A stretch of 64,000 nucleotides of DNA, taken from assembly GCA_963664825.1 (NCBI GenBank), contig OY761614.1:1152001-1216000 (forward strand), read 5' to 3'. Position numbers and translations under genes: made by a program. Source of the stretch: an uncultured Holophaga sp. GTDB taxonomy: Bacteria > Acidobacteriota > Holophagae > Holophagales > Holophagaceae. The notes below the pieces were generated by a model, which was not told the origin of the DNA, did not search any database, and saw nothing but the letters and a program-made list of their open reading frames with translations. Of the stretch, positions 38,836-49,449 are shown piece after piece; position 1 is the first letter of the stretch; every line of letters starts with the position of its first letter.

Positions 38836-41397
38836 ATGAAACGCGCGGCCCTTCTTCCCCTCCTGCTGGTCATCGGCCTGCAGGCCCCCGCCCAGCCCGG
38901 GCCCGGCATTTCCGAATCGCTGGCGGCAAATCGGCGGGCGCGGATCCGCGCACTGCGCTACGAACTGAGCTTCCTCATCCCAGCGGAGCCCAGGGCCCCC
39001 ATCGAGGGCCGCGAAGTGCTGCGCTTCACCTTGAAGCAGGCGAAGCACCCCCTGGTGCTGGACTTCGCGCCCGGGGCGGCGTCGGTAGCCTCCATCGTTT
39101 CTCCCCGGGGCCCCGTGGCCTGGAGGGCCGCGGAGGGCCATCTGATCCTGCCGACCTCGGCGCTCCGGGTCGGAGAGAACCGCTTCGAGATCGCCTTCAG
39201 GGCCGGAGACGCCCCCCTCAACCGCAACCCGGACTTCCTCTACACCCTCTTCGTACCGGCGAGAGCCCACCAGGCCTTCCCCTGCTTCGACCAGCCCGAC
39301 CTCAAGGGTCGGTACCGACTGACCCTGGAGCTTCCCGCTACCTGGCAGGCGGTGGCCAACGGCGCCGAGACGAGCCGGGAGCTCCTGGGCGACCGCATGA
39401 CGGTGCGCTTTGCCGAGACACAGCCCCTGCCGACCTACCTCTTCGCCTTCGCCGTTGGCGCCTTCCAGGTGGAGACCGCGGAGCGGAATGGGCGCACCCT
39501 GCGCATGTTCCATCGGGAACGGGATGCCGCCAAGCTCGCCCGGAATCGGGAGGCCATCTTCGATCTGCACGCCTCCGCCCTGGCCTGGATGGAGCGCTAC
39601 ACGGACATACCCTATCCCTTCGGCAAATTCGATTTCGTCCTCATCCCCGCCTTCCAGTTCGGGGGCATGGAACACCCCGGGGCCATCCTCTACAAGGAGG
39701 CCTCGCTAATGCTGGACGAGAGCGCCACTGCCCACGACCGACTGGCCCGGGCGGAGCTCATCTCCCACGAGACCGCCCACATGTGGTTCGGGGATCTGGT
39801 CACCATGCGCTGGTTCAACGATGTGTGGATGAAGGAGGTCTTCGCCCAATTCATGGCCTCCCGGATCGTGAGCCCCTCCTTCCCCGAAGTTACCCACGAG
39901 CTGCGCTTCCTCCTGGACACCACGCCCGGCGCCTACCGCGTGGACCGCACGGCCGGTGCCAACCCCATCCGCCAGCACCTGGAGAACCTCTCCGGGGCGG
40001 GCTCGCTCTACGGGCCCATCATCTACAACAAGGCGCCCATCGTGATGCGCAACCTGGAGCTGCTCTTAGGGAAGGCGGGCCTCCGGGACGGCCTGCGCAC
40101 CTACCTGAGGCGCCATGCCTTCGGCAATGCCGCCTGGCCGGACCTCATCGGACTCCTGGCCCGGGGCGGCCATAGGGATCTGCGGACCTGGAGCCGTGTC
40201 TGGGTGGAGCAGGAGGGGCGGCCCACGGTGAAGACCCTGCTGGAACTCCGGGACGGGAAGATCCACCGCCTCGCCTTCAGCCAGGAGGATCCCCGGGGAC
40301 GGGGACTCCTCTGGAACCAGCCCCTCAGGGTGATCCTGGGCGGCCCTGCTGGCGAGCGGTGCCTGGAGGTGAAGCTCGACCGGGCGGTGGTGGAAGTGCC
40401 GGAGGCCATGGGTCTGCCGGCCCCGGAATACGTCCTGCCCAACGGGGGCGGCCTGGGCTACGGCCAATTCGAGCTGGATCCGCGGAGCCTCTCGGCCCTG
40501 TGTGCGCGCCTGCCCGAGGCGCCCCTGAGCCGCGGCGGCGCGCTCCTCACCCTCTGGGACGCCGTGCTGACGGGCGCCCTGCGCCCCCAGGCCCTGGCGG
40601 AATGCTTCCTCGGAGTCCTGCCCCGAGAGACCGATGAACTGAACACCCAGTTCATGCTGGATCATCTGCAGCGCCTGGTATGGGACTTCCTGAGCCCGGA
40701 GGCCCGGCTGGCCCTGGCACCCCGGGTGGAGGGGACACTGCGGGCGGCGCTGGAAGCCTCTCCGACTCCGAGCCGGAAATCTGCCTGCTTCAAGACCTTC
40801 CGGAGCCTCGCCCTCACGAGAGAGGGCACGGACTGGCTGGAGGCCCTCTGGCGGAGGACCCGCACCGTGCCCGGCCTCACGTTCGCCGAGCGCGACGACA
40901 TGGTGCTGGCCCAGGAACTGGCCCTGCGGGAGGTACCGGGCTGGAAGGGCATCCTGAGCGAGCAGCTCGCCCGCATCCAGAACCCGGACCGGAAGGCCGA
41001 GTTCACCTTCCTCCTGCCCAGCCTGGACGCCGATCCGGCCCCGCGCCGCACCTTCTTCGAAAGCCTGAAGGAACTACCCAACCGCAGCCACGAATCCTGG
41101 GTCCTCCAGGGACTGCGGAACCTCAATCATCCCCTCCGGGCGGCCTCGGCCCTCGACCAGGTCCGCCCCGGCCTGGAAATGCTGAGGGAGATCCAGCGCA
41201 CCGGCGATATCTTCTTCCCCCAGGGCTGGGTGGCCGCCCTCCTCAACGGCCACACCTCCGCCGCCGCCGGGGAGGTGAAGGCCTTCCTCGCGGGCCTGGG
41301 CCCCGAATACCCGATGCGGCTGCGCATGGATGTGGAAGTGGAGGCCGACCGGCTGTGGCGGATCCAGCGGGTGCGGAGAGAAGAAGGAAAGCCCTGA
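38836..41397 (+). CDS. M1 family aminopeptidase
   Basis: FPCFDQPDLK, GGMEHPG, HETAH-x18-E, IIYNKA. Confidence 0.93.
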   Translation: MKRAALLPLLLVIGLQAPAQPGPGISESLAANRRARIRALRYELSFLIPAEPRAPIEGREVLRFTLKQAKHPLVLDFAPGAASVASIVSPRGPVAWRAAEGHLILPTSALRVGENRFEIAFRAGDAPLNRNPDFLYTLFVPARAHQAFPCFDQPDLKGRYRLTLELPATWQAVANGAETSRELLGDRMTVRFAETQPLPTYLFAFAVGAFQVETAERNGRTLRMFHRERDAAKLARNREAIFDLHASALAWMERYTDIPYPFGKFDFVLIPAFQFGGMEHPGAILYKEASLMLDESATAHDRLARAELISHETAHMWFGDLVTMRWFNDVWMKEVFAQFMASRIVSPSFPEVTHELRFLLDTTPGAYRVDRTAGANPIRQHLENLSGAGSLYGPIIYNKAPIVMRNLELLLGKAGLRDGLRTYLRRHAFGNAAWPDLIGLLARGGHRDLRTWSRVWVEQEGRPTVKTLLELRDGKIHRLAFSQEDPRGRGLLWNQPLRVILGGPAGERCLEVKLDRAVVEVPEAMGLPAPEYVLPNGGGLGYGQFELDPRSLSALCARLPEAPLSRGGALLTLWDAVLTGALRPQALAECFLGVLPRETDELNTQFMLDHLQRLVWDFLSPEARLALAPRVEGTLRAALEASPTPSRKSACFKTFRSLALTREGTDWLEALWRRTRTVPGLTFAERDDMVLAQELALREVPGWKGILSEQLARIQNPDRKAEFTFLLPSLDADPAPRRTFFESLKELPNRSHESWVLQGLRNLNHPLRAASALDQVRPGLEMLREIQRTGDIFFPQGWVAALLNGHTSAAAGEVKAFLAGLGPEYPMRLRMDVEVEADRLWRIQRVRREEGKP

Positions 41398-41463
41398 GGG
41401 GCTTCCACGATATCCCCCCATACCAAAGTGCGGACAGGGTAGAGGGAAGCGACCTTGGAAGGC

Positions 41464-42798
41464 TCAGAAGCAGTACTTGGCCTGGAGGGAAAGGACATCA
41501 ATATAGCTCCGGTAGGAGCCCGACAGTTTGCCACGCAGGAAGTCCGGGCTGCCGGGCGCGCCAGCTTGCAAGGCCAGAACCGAATCCTGGACGAAGATAT
41601 GGCTGAAACTCAGATCCAGGCCGAAGGCGGGCGTAAAGGCGTAGCCCGCGCCGACGCTGAGCCAGGTTCGATCCGCATCGGGAATGCGGGGCGTGCGATA
41701 GGCATCCGTGGTGGCGGCCTGGTCGTAGGCGAGGCCCGTACGAAGGGTCCAGGCGTCACAGGGACGCCAGGTGCAGCCCAGGGCCAGGAACCAGGTGTCC
41801 TTCCACTTCTCCTCGGTCACGGAGTCGTTCTGGCCGGACGCGAACTGGATGCGGATCTCGTGCATGCATTTCCAATAGGTCCGTGCCGCCTCCGCCTGTA
41901 GCGTGAAGGCGGGCGCGAGATCCCAGGCGATGCCCAGAGAAGCCGTGGCCGGCTGGTTGGCCTTGGGCGTGGCATCCCCATCGGGAATCGCCGTTCTGAG
42001 GACGGCGGGCACGTTCTCGTAATGCACATCACCCTTGAGCTGAAAATCCATGCGCGAATGGTAGGCCACGCCCACGCGAAGGGCCTGGGTGGGTTCAAAG
42101 AGGACGCCCAGCTTGTAGCCGGGCTTCCATTGCTTGCCCTGCACCCTAGCGATGCCGTCCTGGCCGCCCGGCATGAAACCGGGAATTTTTTTGGCCGCCC
42201 CGATGGCGCCGAAATCCACGGCATTGGTCAGTTCGGCATCCACATGCCGGGCCACCAGAGCGGCGCCCAGGGACCACATGGGGTGCACGCGCCAGGCCAC
42301 GTTCGCCCCGATCTCCACGATGGTCATCTTGGATTTCAGGGCGTGGTAGCGGCCAATCCACCCGCTCTCGTACTCGCTGCCCAGGCCGAAGGGACTATTC
42401 ACCGAAAGCCCCAGCTTGAGATTGGCACTGAGGCTCCAGAGCCCGTAGGCCATGGGCACCAGGGTCGGGCATCCCGCGTTGCCGCCGGCATTGCCGGAGA
42501 TGGCCGAGCCCCCCAGGGCCGTGGCCCGGGAGGCGCTGCCATCCTCCAGGCGCACGGTGGGATCGATGCTGCTGAATCCGATGATGGCCTGGTTCCCCTG
42601 GAAGCGGGTGAGGGTGGCCACATTGAAGAACATGCTGCCGATATCGGAGCCCCCGGCGCTGATGCCGGCGAAGGAATTTCCCTGGGCGCTGGGACTCTGC
42701 TCCCGAAGCTGGAAGCCCGAAGCCTTCAGCGCTCCCGAGGCTGGGCCCGCGAGCAGGAGGGCCAGAACACCCTGGGAAGTGCGAAACGTGAGATGCAT
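41464..42798 (-). CDS. FadL/OmpP1 outer-membrane transporter
   Basis: ASGFQLREQS...FFNVATL, RIPDADRTWLS, C-terminal F. Confidence 0.9.
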   Translation of the reverse strand: MHLTFRTSQGVLALLLAGPASGALKASGFQLREQSPSAQGNSFAGISAGGSDIGSMFFNVATLTRFQGNQAIIGFSSIDPTVRLEDGSASRATALGGSAISGNAGGNAGCPTLVPMAYGLWSLSANLKLGLSVNSPFGLGSEYESGWIGRYHALKSKMTIVEIGANVAWRVHPMWSLGAALVARHVDAELTNAVDFGAIGAAKKIPGFMPGGQDGIARVQGKQWKPGYKLGVLFEPTQALRVGVAYHSRMDFQLKGDVHYENVPAVLRTAIPDGDATPKANQPATASLGIAWDLAPAFTLQAEAARTYWKCMHEIRIQFASGQNDSVTEEKWKDTWFLALGCTWRPCDAWTLRTGLAYDQAATTDAYRTPRIPDADRTWLSVGAGYAFTPAFGLDLSFSHIFVQDSVLALQAGAPGSPDFLRGKLSGSYRSYIDVLSLQAKYCF

Positions 42799-42915
42799 GC
42801 GGAATTCTCCGGGCCAAAATAGGAAAGGGCGGAGACTTCTCCGCCCTGGCAATGGGGACAGTTTGTCCTTCGAAGCAAAAGGGACCCTAGGCCCCTGCTT
42901 GCCTCAGGCAGTATC

Positions 42916-43389
42916 TCAGAAAGAGAGGCGTTCCCGGCCCTCAGGAGCGCATTGGGCTTGGAGGGCGCGCCAGGGCTCCATCACGAAATCCCGCTGAAGG
43001 GCTCGGGGATGGGGCAGTTCCAGCACCAGCTCCCCCCAGGGCACAGCCAGATCCTCGGGCCGGGGCCATCGCCAGGTGCCTCGGAGCCCTTCGATGGCGA
43101 TGAGATCCAGATCGAGAGTGCGGGGGGCGTTGCGTCCCCCGTGGCGATCCCGTCCCTCCGCCAGCTCGAGGCGGAAGAGGGCCTCCAGGAGGCGCCGGGG
43201 GTCGGTCTCCTCGGATTCCAGCAGGGCGATGGTGTTCAGGTAGGCGGGGCCCAAACCCGATTCGTCCGGGGTCTCTAGCACCAGGGGGGAAGGCCTCAGG
43301 ACCCCCAGGCCCCGGAGCCCCTCCAGACCCGCCTCCAGATGGGCCTGGCGATCCCCGAGATTGGAGCCGAGGGCGATGAGCGATTTCAC
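42916..43389 (-). CDS. folK: HPPK (6-hydroxymethyl-dihydropterin pyrophosphokinase)
   Basis: IALGSNLGDR, YLN, PRTLDLDLI, LPHPR. Confidence 0.9.
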   Translation of the reverse strand: MKSLIALGSNLGDRQAHLEAGLEGLRGLGVLRPSPLVLETPDESGLGPAYLNTIALLESEETDPRRLLEALFRLELAEGRDRHGGRNAPRTLDLDLIAIEGLRGTWRWPRPEDLAVPWGELVLELPHPRALQRDFVMEPWRALQAQCAPEGRERLSF

Positions 43390-43391
43390 GC

Positions 43392-44531
43392 TCAGTCCTC
43401 GATGTAGTGGGGCAGGAAGGAGCTGCCGTTATCGGTGATGGGCCCGGAGGCCTCGCGGATGCCCATGCCCGCCGGTTCCCCGTCCACCACCCAGGAGCCC
43501 AGCACGGGCTGGAAGCCCTCGAAGGAGGGCAACGGAGCGTAGGCCTGGAAGACATGGCCCTCGGCGCCGTAGCATTCCAGATTCTCCCCCGCCTCTACAC
43601 GGGAGCCCCGGTGGATCTCGACGTTCGCCCCCTCCCGAGCCAGGATGGGCTTCTTCACGTAGGAGCCCAGTTCCCGGGGGCCGTCCAGATAGGTCGGCAG
43701 GAGGTAAGGGCAATCGGGGAAGAGCTCCCACAGGATCGCCAGCAGGGCCTTGTTGCTGAGGAGCATCTTCCAGGCGGGTTCCAGGAAGATGCAGGGGCGG
43801 GGCTCCCGGGCCAGATGGGCGCCGAAGGCGTCCTTCCACATGAACTCCCAGGGGTAGAGTTTGAAGGCCGCCCGCACAGGCCGACCATCCAGATCCACGA
43901 ACTGATTCCCATCCCAGCCCAGGTCCTCCAGGGCCATCTGGGCCGTGGAAAGGCCCGCCTGGTCGGCCGTATCCCGCAGGTAGGCCACGGTCTGGTGATC
44001 CTCCCAGGTGTCCTGGTAGAGGAAGTAGATCGTGCCCACGGGCAAATAGCCCGCCGCCCGCCTCCAGGCTTCCACCAGGCGCTCGTGGAGGGAATTGAAC
44101 TGGTCCTTGCCCGGGAGGCGCTGTTCCAGCCAGTACCACTGGGCGATGGAGGCCTCCACCAGGGACGTGGGGGTGTCGGCGTTGTACTCCAGCAGCTTGG
44201 GGAAGCCCGTGCCGTTATAGGCCAGATCGAAACGCCCATAGATGGAGACCTCGTCCCGCTCCCAGCTCTCCCGGATGAGGGGGATCAGCTCCGAAGGAAT
44301 ACCGTATTCCTGGAAGCGCCCCCGCTCCAGCACGTGTTCCACGGCCTTCAGGCAGAGCCTCTGGAGTTCAAGGGTGGCGCGCTCCAACACATCGATCTCG
44401 CCCTTGGAGAAGACGTAGCAGGCGTCCTCCCGCCAGTAGGGGCGGCCATCGTCGTGGGTGTGGTAATTGAGGCCCTGAGCTTCCAGGCGGGCCTTCCAGT
44501 CGGGACGGGGACTGATTACCTGACGACGCAT
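43392..44531 (-). CDS. Glutathionylspermidine synthase-family ATP-grasp protein (YgiC-like)
   Basis: YGRFDL, LLEYNADTPTSL, QFNSLHERL, FKLYPWE, KKPILAREGAN. Confidence 0.92.
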   Translation of the reverse strand: MRRQVISPRPDWKARLEAQGLNYHTHDDGRPYWREDACYVFSKGEIDVLERATLELQRLCLKAVEHVLERGRFQEYGIPSELIPLIRESWERDEVSIYGRFDLAYNGTGFPKLLEYNADTPTSLVEASIAQWYWLEQRLPGKDQFNSLHERLVEAWRRAAGYLPVGTIYFLYQDTWEDHQTVAYLRDTADQAGLSTAQMALEDLGWDGNQFVDLDGRPVRAAFKLYPWEFMWKDAFGAHLAREPRPCIFLEPAWKMLLSNKALLAILWELFPDCPYLLPTYLDGPRELGSYVKKPILAREGANVEIHRGSRVEAGENLECYGAEGHVFQAYAPLPSFEGFQPVLGSWVVDGEPAGMGIREASGPITDNGSSFLPHYIED

Positions 44532-44532
44532 C

Positions 44533-45432
44533 CTAGCTCCCCGCGTGGCCCGCGACATGACCTGCCGCCCCGAAGCCGCCCCGGGAGAGGCTTCCCATGG
44601 GCGCTCTCCCCGAGACCCCTGCCCCCCGGGCCGTGAAGGCCTGGCCCGGCAGGGGACCCACCTGGCTGGCCACGGGAGGCCGCCAGGCGCTCCCCCCCAG
44701 GAAGACCATGGAACGCCCGCCGGTGGCGGCGGCTGCCCCCCGGAAGGGCTGGGCATCCTCGGGCCGCATGGGATGGCCCGGATCCTGGAAGCGGAAGCCC
44801 GGCGCCATGGGGCGGAAGCCCTGGCCAGGCCAGAAGCCCATGGCCGAGGGACGACCGAACAGGAAGTGCCAGAGCAGGTAGTCGTCCAGCCAACTGCGAT
44901 GCCCCCAGGAAGCGCCGTGGCGGTATCCGGGATCCTGGCGGCGGATGGCCTCGACCTCGGATTCCAGGCCGTGGCGGCGCGCCAGGACCTGCATCTTCTG
45001 GGCGTCCAGGTAATCGATCACCCACAGGAATTCCCCATTCTCATGGAGATCGCCCTCCTCATCCGGCGCCACGTCCCGGAGCCGTTCGGCCGTGAGTTGT
45101 TTGAGGTAGGCGTTCCCCCGCAGTTTCTCCCGCACCGACACGCCCACCAGGAAGAGGTTCGGCGTGAGGGCCGTGAAGGTGCTGCCCTCCAGGTTCAGAT
45201 CGGCGTGATGCTCGGCCATGAAGGCCTCCGTGGCCGCCCGCACCTGGTTCAGCACCAGTTCCGTGGGGGCCTGGGTCTCGGCCTCCCGCCGCAGGGAATC
45301 CTCCAGCTGACGCTGGCGGGCCTTTTCCGCGGCCTCACGTTGACGGCTGGCTTCGGTGTCACAGCCCGTGATCCCGGCCGAAAGGGTGAGGATGGCCACC
45401 AGGGGAGGCGTCAGTGTCCGGTAGGCGCTCAT
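44533..45432 (-). CDS. Lipoprotein with Gly-rich tail (YgiB-like partner of the GSP-family ligase)
   Basis: Lipobox-like ITGC; C-terminal SRGGFG tail; abuts the GSP gene. Confidence 0.7.
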   Translation of the reverse strand: MSAYRTLTPPLVAILTLSAGITGCDTEASRQREAAEKARQRQLEDSLRREAETQAPTELVLNQVRAATEAFMAEHHADLNLEGSTFTALTPNLFLVGVSVREKLRGNAYLKQLTAERLRDVAPDEEGDLHENGEFLWVIDYLDAQKMQVLARRHGLESEVEAIRRQDPGYRHGASWGHRSWLDDYLLWHFLFGRPSAMGFWPGQGFRPMAPGFRFQDPGHPMRPEDAQPFRGAAAATGGRSMVFLGGSAWRPPVASQVGPLPGQAFTARGAGVSGRAPMGSLSRGGFGAAGHVAGHAGS

Positions 45433-45836
45433 TTCCGCTGCCCGTGTTCGGCCACCACCAGGGTACGGATGCCGCCCCGGATGAGGAAGTCCCCCTCGAT
45501 GCGCATCCACTGAGGGTTCAAGGCCGCCACCAGATCATCCAGGATCTGGTTGGTGACGGCCTCGTGGAAGGCCCCCTCGTTGCGGAAGCTCCAGAGGTAG
45601 AGCTTGAGGCTCTTGCTCTCCACGCAGAGCTGATCGGGCTGGTAGGTGATGCGCAGCTTGGCGAAATCCGGCTGACCGGTCATGGGGCAGAGGCAGGTGA
45701 ATTCTTCGGTCTCGAAGACGATCTCGAAGGGCCTGCCAGGACGGGGGCTGGCGAAGGTGTCCAGGTGCTTCGAAGGCTCGGTCACCTTGCGCTTGGGCAG
45801 TGTCTTGAGTGTGGGTTCCATCTTCTTGGTGGCCAT
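45429..45836 (-). CDS. queF: preQ0 reductase
   Basis: [31 protein letters not shown]. Confidence 0.95.
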   Translation of the reverse strand: MATKKMEPTLKTLPKRKVTEPSKHLDTFASPRPGRPFEIVFETEEFTCLCPMTGQPDFAKLRITYQPDQLCVESKSLKLYLWSFRNEGAFHEAVTNQILDDLVAALNPQWMRIEGDFLIRGGIRTLVVAEHGQRK

Positions 45837-45846
45837 GGCGCTCTCG

Positions 45847-46545
45847 TCAGGTGCGGAGGTTATCGGGGATATAAGAATAGGGAATGGGATCGGGCCTGCC
45901 CGCTTCCTGGAAACCTCTCAGGCGCAGGAGACAGGAATCGCAGCGGCCACAGGCCTCCTCCTGGCCCTGGTAGCAGCTCCAGGAGAGCTGGAGGGGAGCC
46001 CCCAGGGCCAGCCCCCGAGCCACGATCTGGGACTTCTTCAGGTGGATGAGGGGCGCGTGGAACTTCAGCTGCGTCTCGGGCTTGGTGCCCAGATTGGCGG
46101 TGGCCTCGAAGGACTCGAGGAAGACCTCCCGGCAATCCGGATAGCCGCTGCTATCCTCCTCCACGAAACCCACGAAGATGTGGCGAGCCCGCAGCACCTC
46201 GGCCCAGCTCACGGCCGTGGCCAGCAGGTGCGCGTTGCGGAAGGGCACGTAGCTCACGGGCACGCCCTCCCGATGCAGATTCCCCTCGGGCAGGGGGATG
46301 CTCGCGTCCGTGAGGGCCGAGCCGCCGATCTTGCGGAGGTTCTCGAAGCTGATGACAAGGCGACGGGCCTCGGGCACGCCATAGAAATCGGCGATGGCCT
46401 CGAAGGCGCGCCGCTCACGCTGTTCGGTGAGCTGGCCGTAGTCCGCGTGGAGCAGGGCCAGTTCGAAGCCTGCCTCCTTGGCCATGGCGGTGGCCACACA
46501 GGAATCGAGGCCGCCGGAGAGGGATACCAGGGCGAGTTCAGCCAT
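45847..46545 (-). CDS. queC: 7-cyano-7-deazaguanine synthase
   Basis: SGGLDS, YVPFRN, GYPDCR, SWSCY...CGRCDSC. Confidence 0.95.
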   Translation of the reverse strand: MAELALVSLSGGLDSCVATAMAKEAGFELALLHADYGQLTEQRERRAFEAIADFYGVPEARRLVISFENLRKIGGSALTDASIPLPEGNLHREGVPVSYVPFRNAHLLATAVSWAEVLRARHIFVGFVEEDSSGYPDCREVFLESFEATANLGTKPETQLKFHAPLIHLKKSQIVARGLALGAPLQLSWSCYQGQEEACGRCDSCLLRLRGFQEAGRPDPIPYSYIPDNLRT

Positions 46546-47263
46546 GCTGGAAGCCCTCGGCTTGAGTCTCCAGGAGATTCAAGGTCTCCTCCAGGGAGGC
46601 CAGGAGGGCGTCTTCCTCCTGAACGGTGGTCACGCGGAAGGGCTCACCGTAGTGGACGCTGACCTTGGAGAAGGGCTTGGGCACCAGCATCTCGTCCCAG
46701 GTGTGGAGCCTCCAGGCCCGGCTGTAGCCCACGCAGACGGGCACGAGCCAAGCCCCGGTCTTGCGCGAGACGGCAAGTACACCGGCCTTGGCCTTCTGCC
46801 GGGGGCCCCGGGGGCCGTCCACCGTGATGCCCAGATCCCAGCCCTGCTTGACGATCTGGATCATCCTCACCAGAGCCTGGGCGCCGCTATGGCCCGCGGT
46901 GCCCCGCACCGCGTGGATGCCCAGCCAGCGCCAGGTGGCCGCGCTGCGTTCGCCGTCCTTGCTATCGCTGGAGAGGATGGCCACACCGCGCCGTTCGCCA
47001 GCTGCGTTCTTCCGCTTGAAGGGATAGGCCAGGGGCATCATCACCAGGCGGCGATGCCAGAAGGAGAGCACGAAGCGCTCGTCCCGGTCCACGAAGCCCT
47101 GCACGGCCTCGAAGCCCACACGCTCTACCCGCAGGGTCCCCTTGAGCAGCCAGTGGCAGCAGAAGACGAGGAAGGGCACCATCCGGAAATTCACCCACTG
47201 GGAGAAGGGTGAGCCCAGGGGCCGTCCCCGGTCGGCGATCTGCACATCGGGTCTAATGGGCAT
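46538..47263 (-). CDS. DUF374 / acyltransferase-like protein
   Basis: FWH, SDSKDGE, ITVDGPRGP, WDEMLVPKPF. Confidence 0.82.
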   Translation of the reverse strand: MPIRPDVQIADRGRPLGSPFSQWVNFRMVPFLVFCCHWLLKGTLRVERVGFEAVQGFVDRDERFVLSFWHRRLVMMPLAYPFKRKNAAGERRGVAILSSDSKDGERSAATWRWLGIHAVRGTAGHSGAQALVRMIQIVKQGWDLGITVDGPRGPRQKAKAGVLAVSRKTGAWLVPVCVGYSRAWRLHTWDEMLVPKPFSKVSVHYGEPFRVTTVQEEDALLASLEETLNLLETQAEGFQHG

Positions 47264-48086
47264 CGCGCATCACCTCCTGGCGATGGATCGCGAAGGCCTT
47301 CCCGCAGTATTCGCAGCGGACCTCCGCGGAACGGCCTTCGGCAAAGATCTCTTCGAGTTTCGCCTCTGAAAAGCGGCCGAGAGTTTCCAGCAGCGAAGCC
47401 TTGCTGCACCGGCAGCGGTATTCGATCTCCTGGGTGGAGAGGAGGGTCGCCTCCTGGCCCTGGTTGACCCAGCGGAGCAGGAATTCCGGATCCCGCTCCC
47501 AGTGGGGCACCACATCGAGGCCTTCGATGGCCGCCACCAGGCTCTGCATGCGCTCCAGGGGGCACTGGGGCAGGGGTTCCACCAGAAGGCCTCCCCCTTC
47601 GCCGGTGGCCGGGTCGCACCAGACCGTGAGGCTCGCCTGGATCTGCTCCGAATGCTGCAGGTAGGCCTCGATCTGCTGGGAGATGCCTCCCTCCACCAGG
47701 GGTAGCCTTCCGATGTAGGGTTCCCCCTTCGGGCCGGAACGCATCACCTGGAGCAGGCCCGGGGCTGCCACCCAGGGGCCCTGAAGGCCTTCGGCCTCGT
47801 CGAGCATCCCTCGCACCATGCCATCCGGCCAGGCATCGGAGACCAGGACCTTAGCCCGCCCGGCCCCGCGCACCAGAATCTGCAACCGTTCTTCGAAAAG
47901 GCCCCGGGACTGGCAGAGGAGGGTCGCCGCCAGGAGTTCCACTAGGCAGGCGCAAGCCTCGGCCTCCAGATGGGGATGGCCCATCCGCACGCCATTCCAA
48001 AGCGGACGGGCGTCCAGGGCGGCCAGGCGAATGTGATGATCAGTCGTGAGGGCCCGGACGACCCGGGCCGAAGAGGATTCCGTCAT
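47253..48086 (-). CDS. hslO: Hsp33 redox chaperone
   Basis: YLQHSEQI, GGLLVEPLP, C-terminal CRC...CEYC. Confidence 0.88.
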   Translation of the reverse strand: MTESSSARVVRALTTDHHIRLAALDARPLWNGVRMGHPHLEAEACACLVELLAATLLCQSRGLFEERLQILVRGAGRAKVLVSDAWPDGMVRGMLDEAEGLQGPWVAAPGLLQVMRSGPKGEPYIGRLPLVEGGISQQIEAYLQHSEQIQASLTVWCDPATGEGGGLLVEPLPQCPLERMQSLVAAIEGLDVVPHWERDPEFLLRWVNQGQEATLLSTQEIEYRCRCSKASLLETLGRFSEAKLEEIFAEGRSAEVRCEYCGKAFAIHRQEVMRDAH

Positions 48087-48149
48087 GGCACCAGTGTAGC
48101 GGGTGCCCGGCTGTCGCTTCGGGTACCCTCATAAGATCTGGATGCGCCC

Positions 48150-49418
48150 ATGCCCACTGAAAGTAGAACCCGAGTCGCCGCTGCCCTCCATGCCGTCTTT
48201 GGACGCACCTACCGGGTGCCCGATGCCTGGGATGCAGGGCTTTCTTCTGAGGACGCGGCCTTGGCCCAGGCCATCTTGGGGCTCTGTTTGAGGAACTGGG
48301 GGCGCCTCCATCGCTGGTTCCGCCCTCGTCTCAAGAACCCCGATCGGGATATCCCCCTGGGCAGCCGGGTGGCCCTGACCATGGGTCTCGTCCAACTGGC
48401 CTGGCTCTCAGGGGTACTGACCCATGCCGCGGTGAACGAATCGGTCCTGCTGGCCGCCGATCCCCAAATCGGCTTCCCGCCCCACAAGGGGCTGGTGAAC
48501 GCGCTGCTGCGCCAGGCCTCCAAGGACCGTTCCGCCCTCCAGGCCGAACTCGAGGCCCTGCCCCCCTCCCTGGATCGCACCGAATTCACCCATCGCGCGC
48601 TGAGCGCGGCCCTCGAGGGTCAGGAGGATCGTCTGGAGGAGCTCTGGCGCTCCCTGCAGGAGCCCCCTCGCCCCAGCTTCCGGGCCCTCAGCCCTGCCCC
48701 ACTCCCGGAGGGGCTGGAACCGGATCCCCTCTTCCCCCAGGCCCTGCGCCTTGTCGAGGGGGCGCCCTTCCCCAGGACCTGGCTGGCCGAGGGCCACGGC
48801 ATGGTCCAGGATCTCAGTTCCCAGGCCATGATGGCCTTCGAGTGGAAGGGACAGCCCACCCACATCCTGGACGCCTGCGCCGCCCCCGGGGGGAAGACCA
48901 CCGCCCTCGCCCAGCGCTGGCCAAAAGCCGAGCTGCTCGCTCTGGAATCCGATGGGAAGCGCGCCCGGCGCCTGGAGGAGAACCTGGCGCTCCGCCGCGT
49001 CAAGGCCCAGGTGATCCCCGAAGAGGCCAGTGCCTGGCTGCGCCAGGATGGGAGCCCCTTCGAACTGATCCTGGTGGACGCCCCCTGCTCGGGCTCGGGC
49101 ACCCTGCGGAAGCATCCCGAGCTGAACTGGCTGGGGGACTTCCTCGATCTGCCCCGGCTGGTGCGGAATCAGCGGGCCATCCTGGAGGCCGCCCTGCCCC
49201 GGCTCGCCCCCGGTGGATTACTGATCTACGCCGTCTGTTCCTGGCTCCCCGAGGAGGGACTCGCCCATCGGCAGTTCCTCCTGGAGCAGCATCCCGAACT
49301 GCGGCCCGCCGAACTCTGGCCTCCAACTCTCGGCACCGGCAGCCTCTTCCGGCCCAATCCCATGACCTGGCCGGGAGAGGGCTTCCAGGCCTTCGGTTTC
49401 ACCCGTCCCGGAGCCTGA
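48150..49418 (+). CDS. RsmB/NOP-family m5C RNA methyltransferase with NusB-like N-terminus
   Basis: HAAVNESV, VQDLSSQ, DACAAPGGKT, DAPCSGSG, YAVCS. Confidence 0.9.
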   Translation: MPTESRTRVAAALHAVFGRTYRVPDAWDAGLSSEDAALAQAILGLCLRNWGRLHRWFRPRLKNPDRDIPLGSRVALTMGLVQLAWLSGVLTHAAVNESVLLAADPQIGFPPHKGLVNALLRQASKDRSALQAELEALPPSLDRTEFTHRALSAALEGQEDRLEELWRSLQEPPRPSFRALSPAPLPEGLEPDPLFPQALRLVEGAPFPRTWLAEGHGMVQDLSSQAMMAFEWKGQPTHILDACAAPGGKTTALAQRWPKAELLALESDGKRARRLEENLALRRVKAQVIPEEASAWLRQDGSPFELILVDAPCSGSGTLRKHPELNWLGDFLDLPRLVRNQRAILEAALPRLAPGGLLIYAVCSWLPEEGLAHRQFLLEQHPELRPAELWPPTLGTGSLFRPNPMTWPGEGFQAFGFTRPGA

Positions 49419-49449
49419 TCCCGAATTCGGGATGCGTGCAGGAGACGCC

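Noticed and set aside
35162..41397. Run of three exported peptidases as a dedicated system
   Set aside because: Common unrelated families with no shared regulator or transporter evident
45429..46545. queC/queF as a Dpd or QatABCD-type defence or DNA-modification system
   Set aside because: Canonical housekeeping sequences in core context with host-like GC; no dpdA or qat partners
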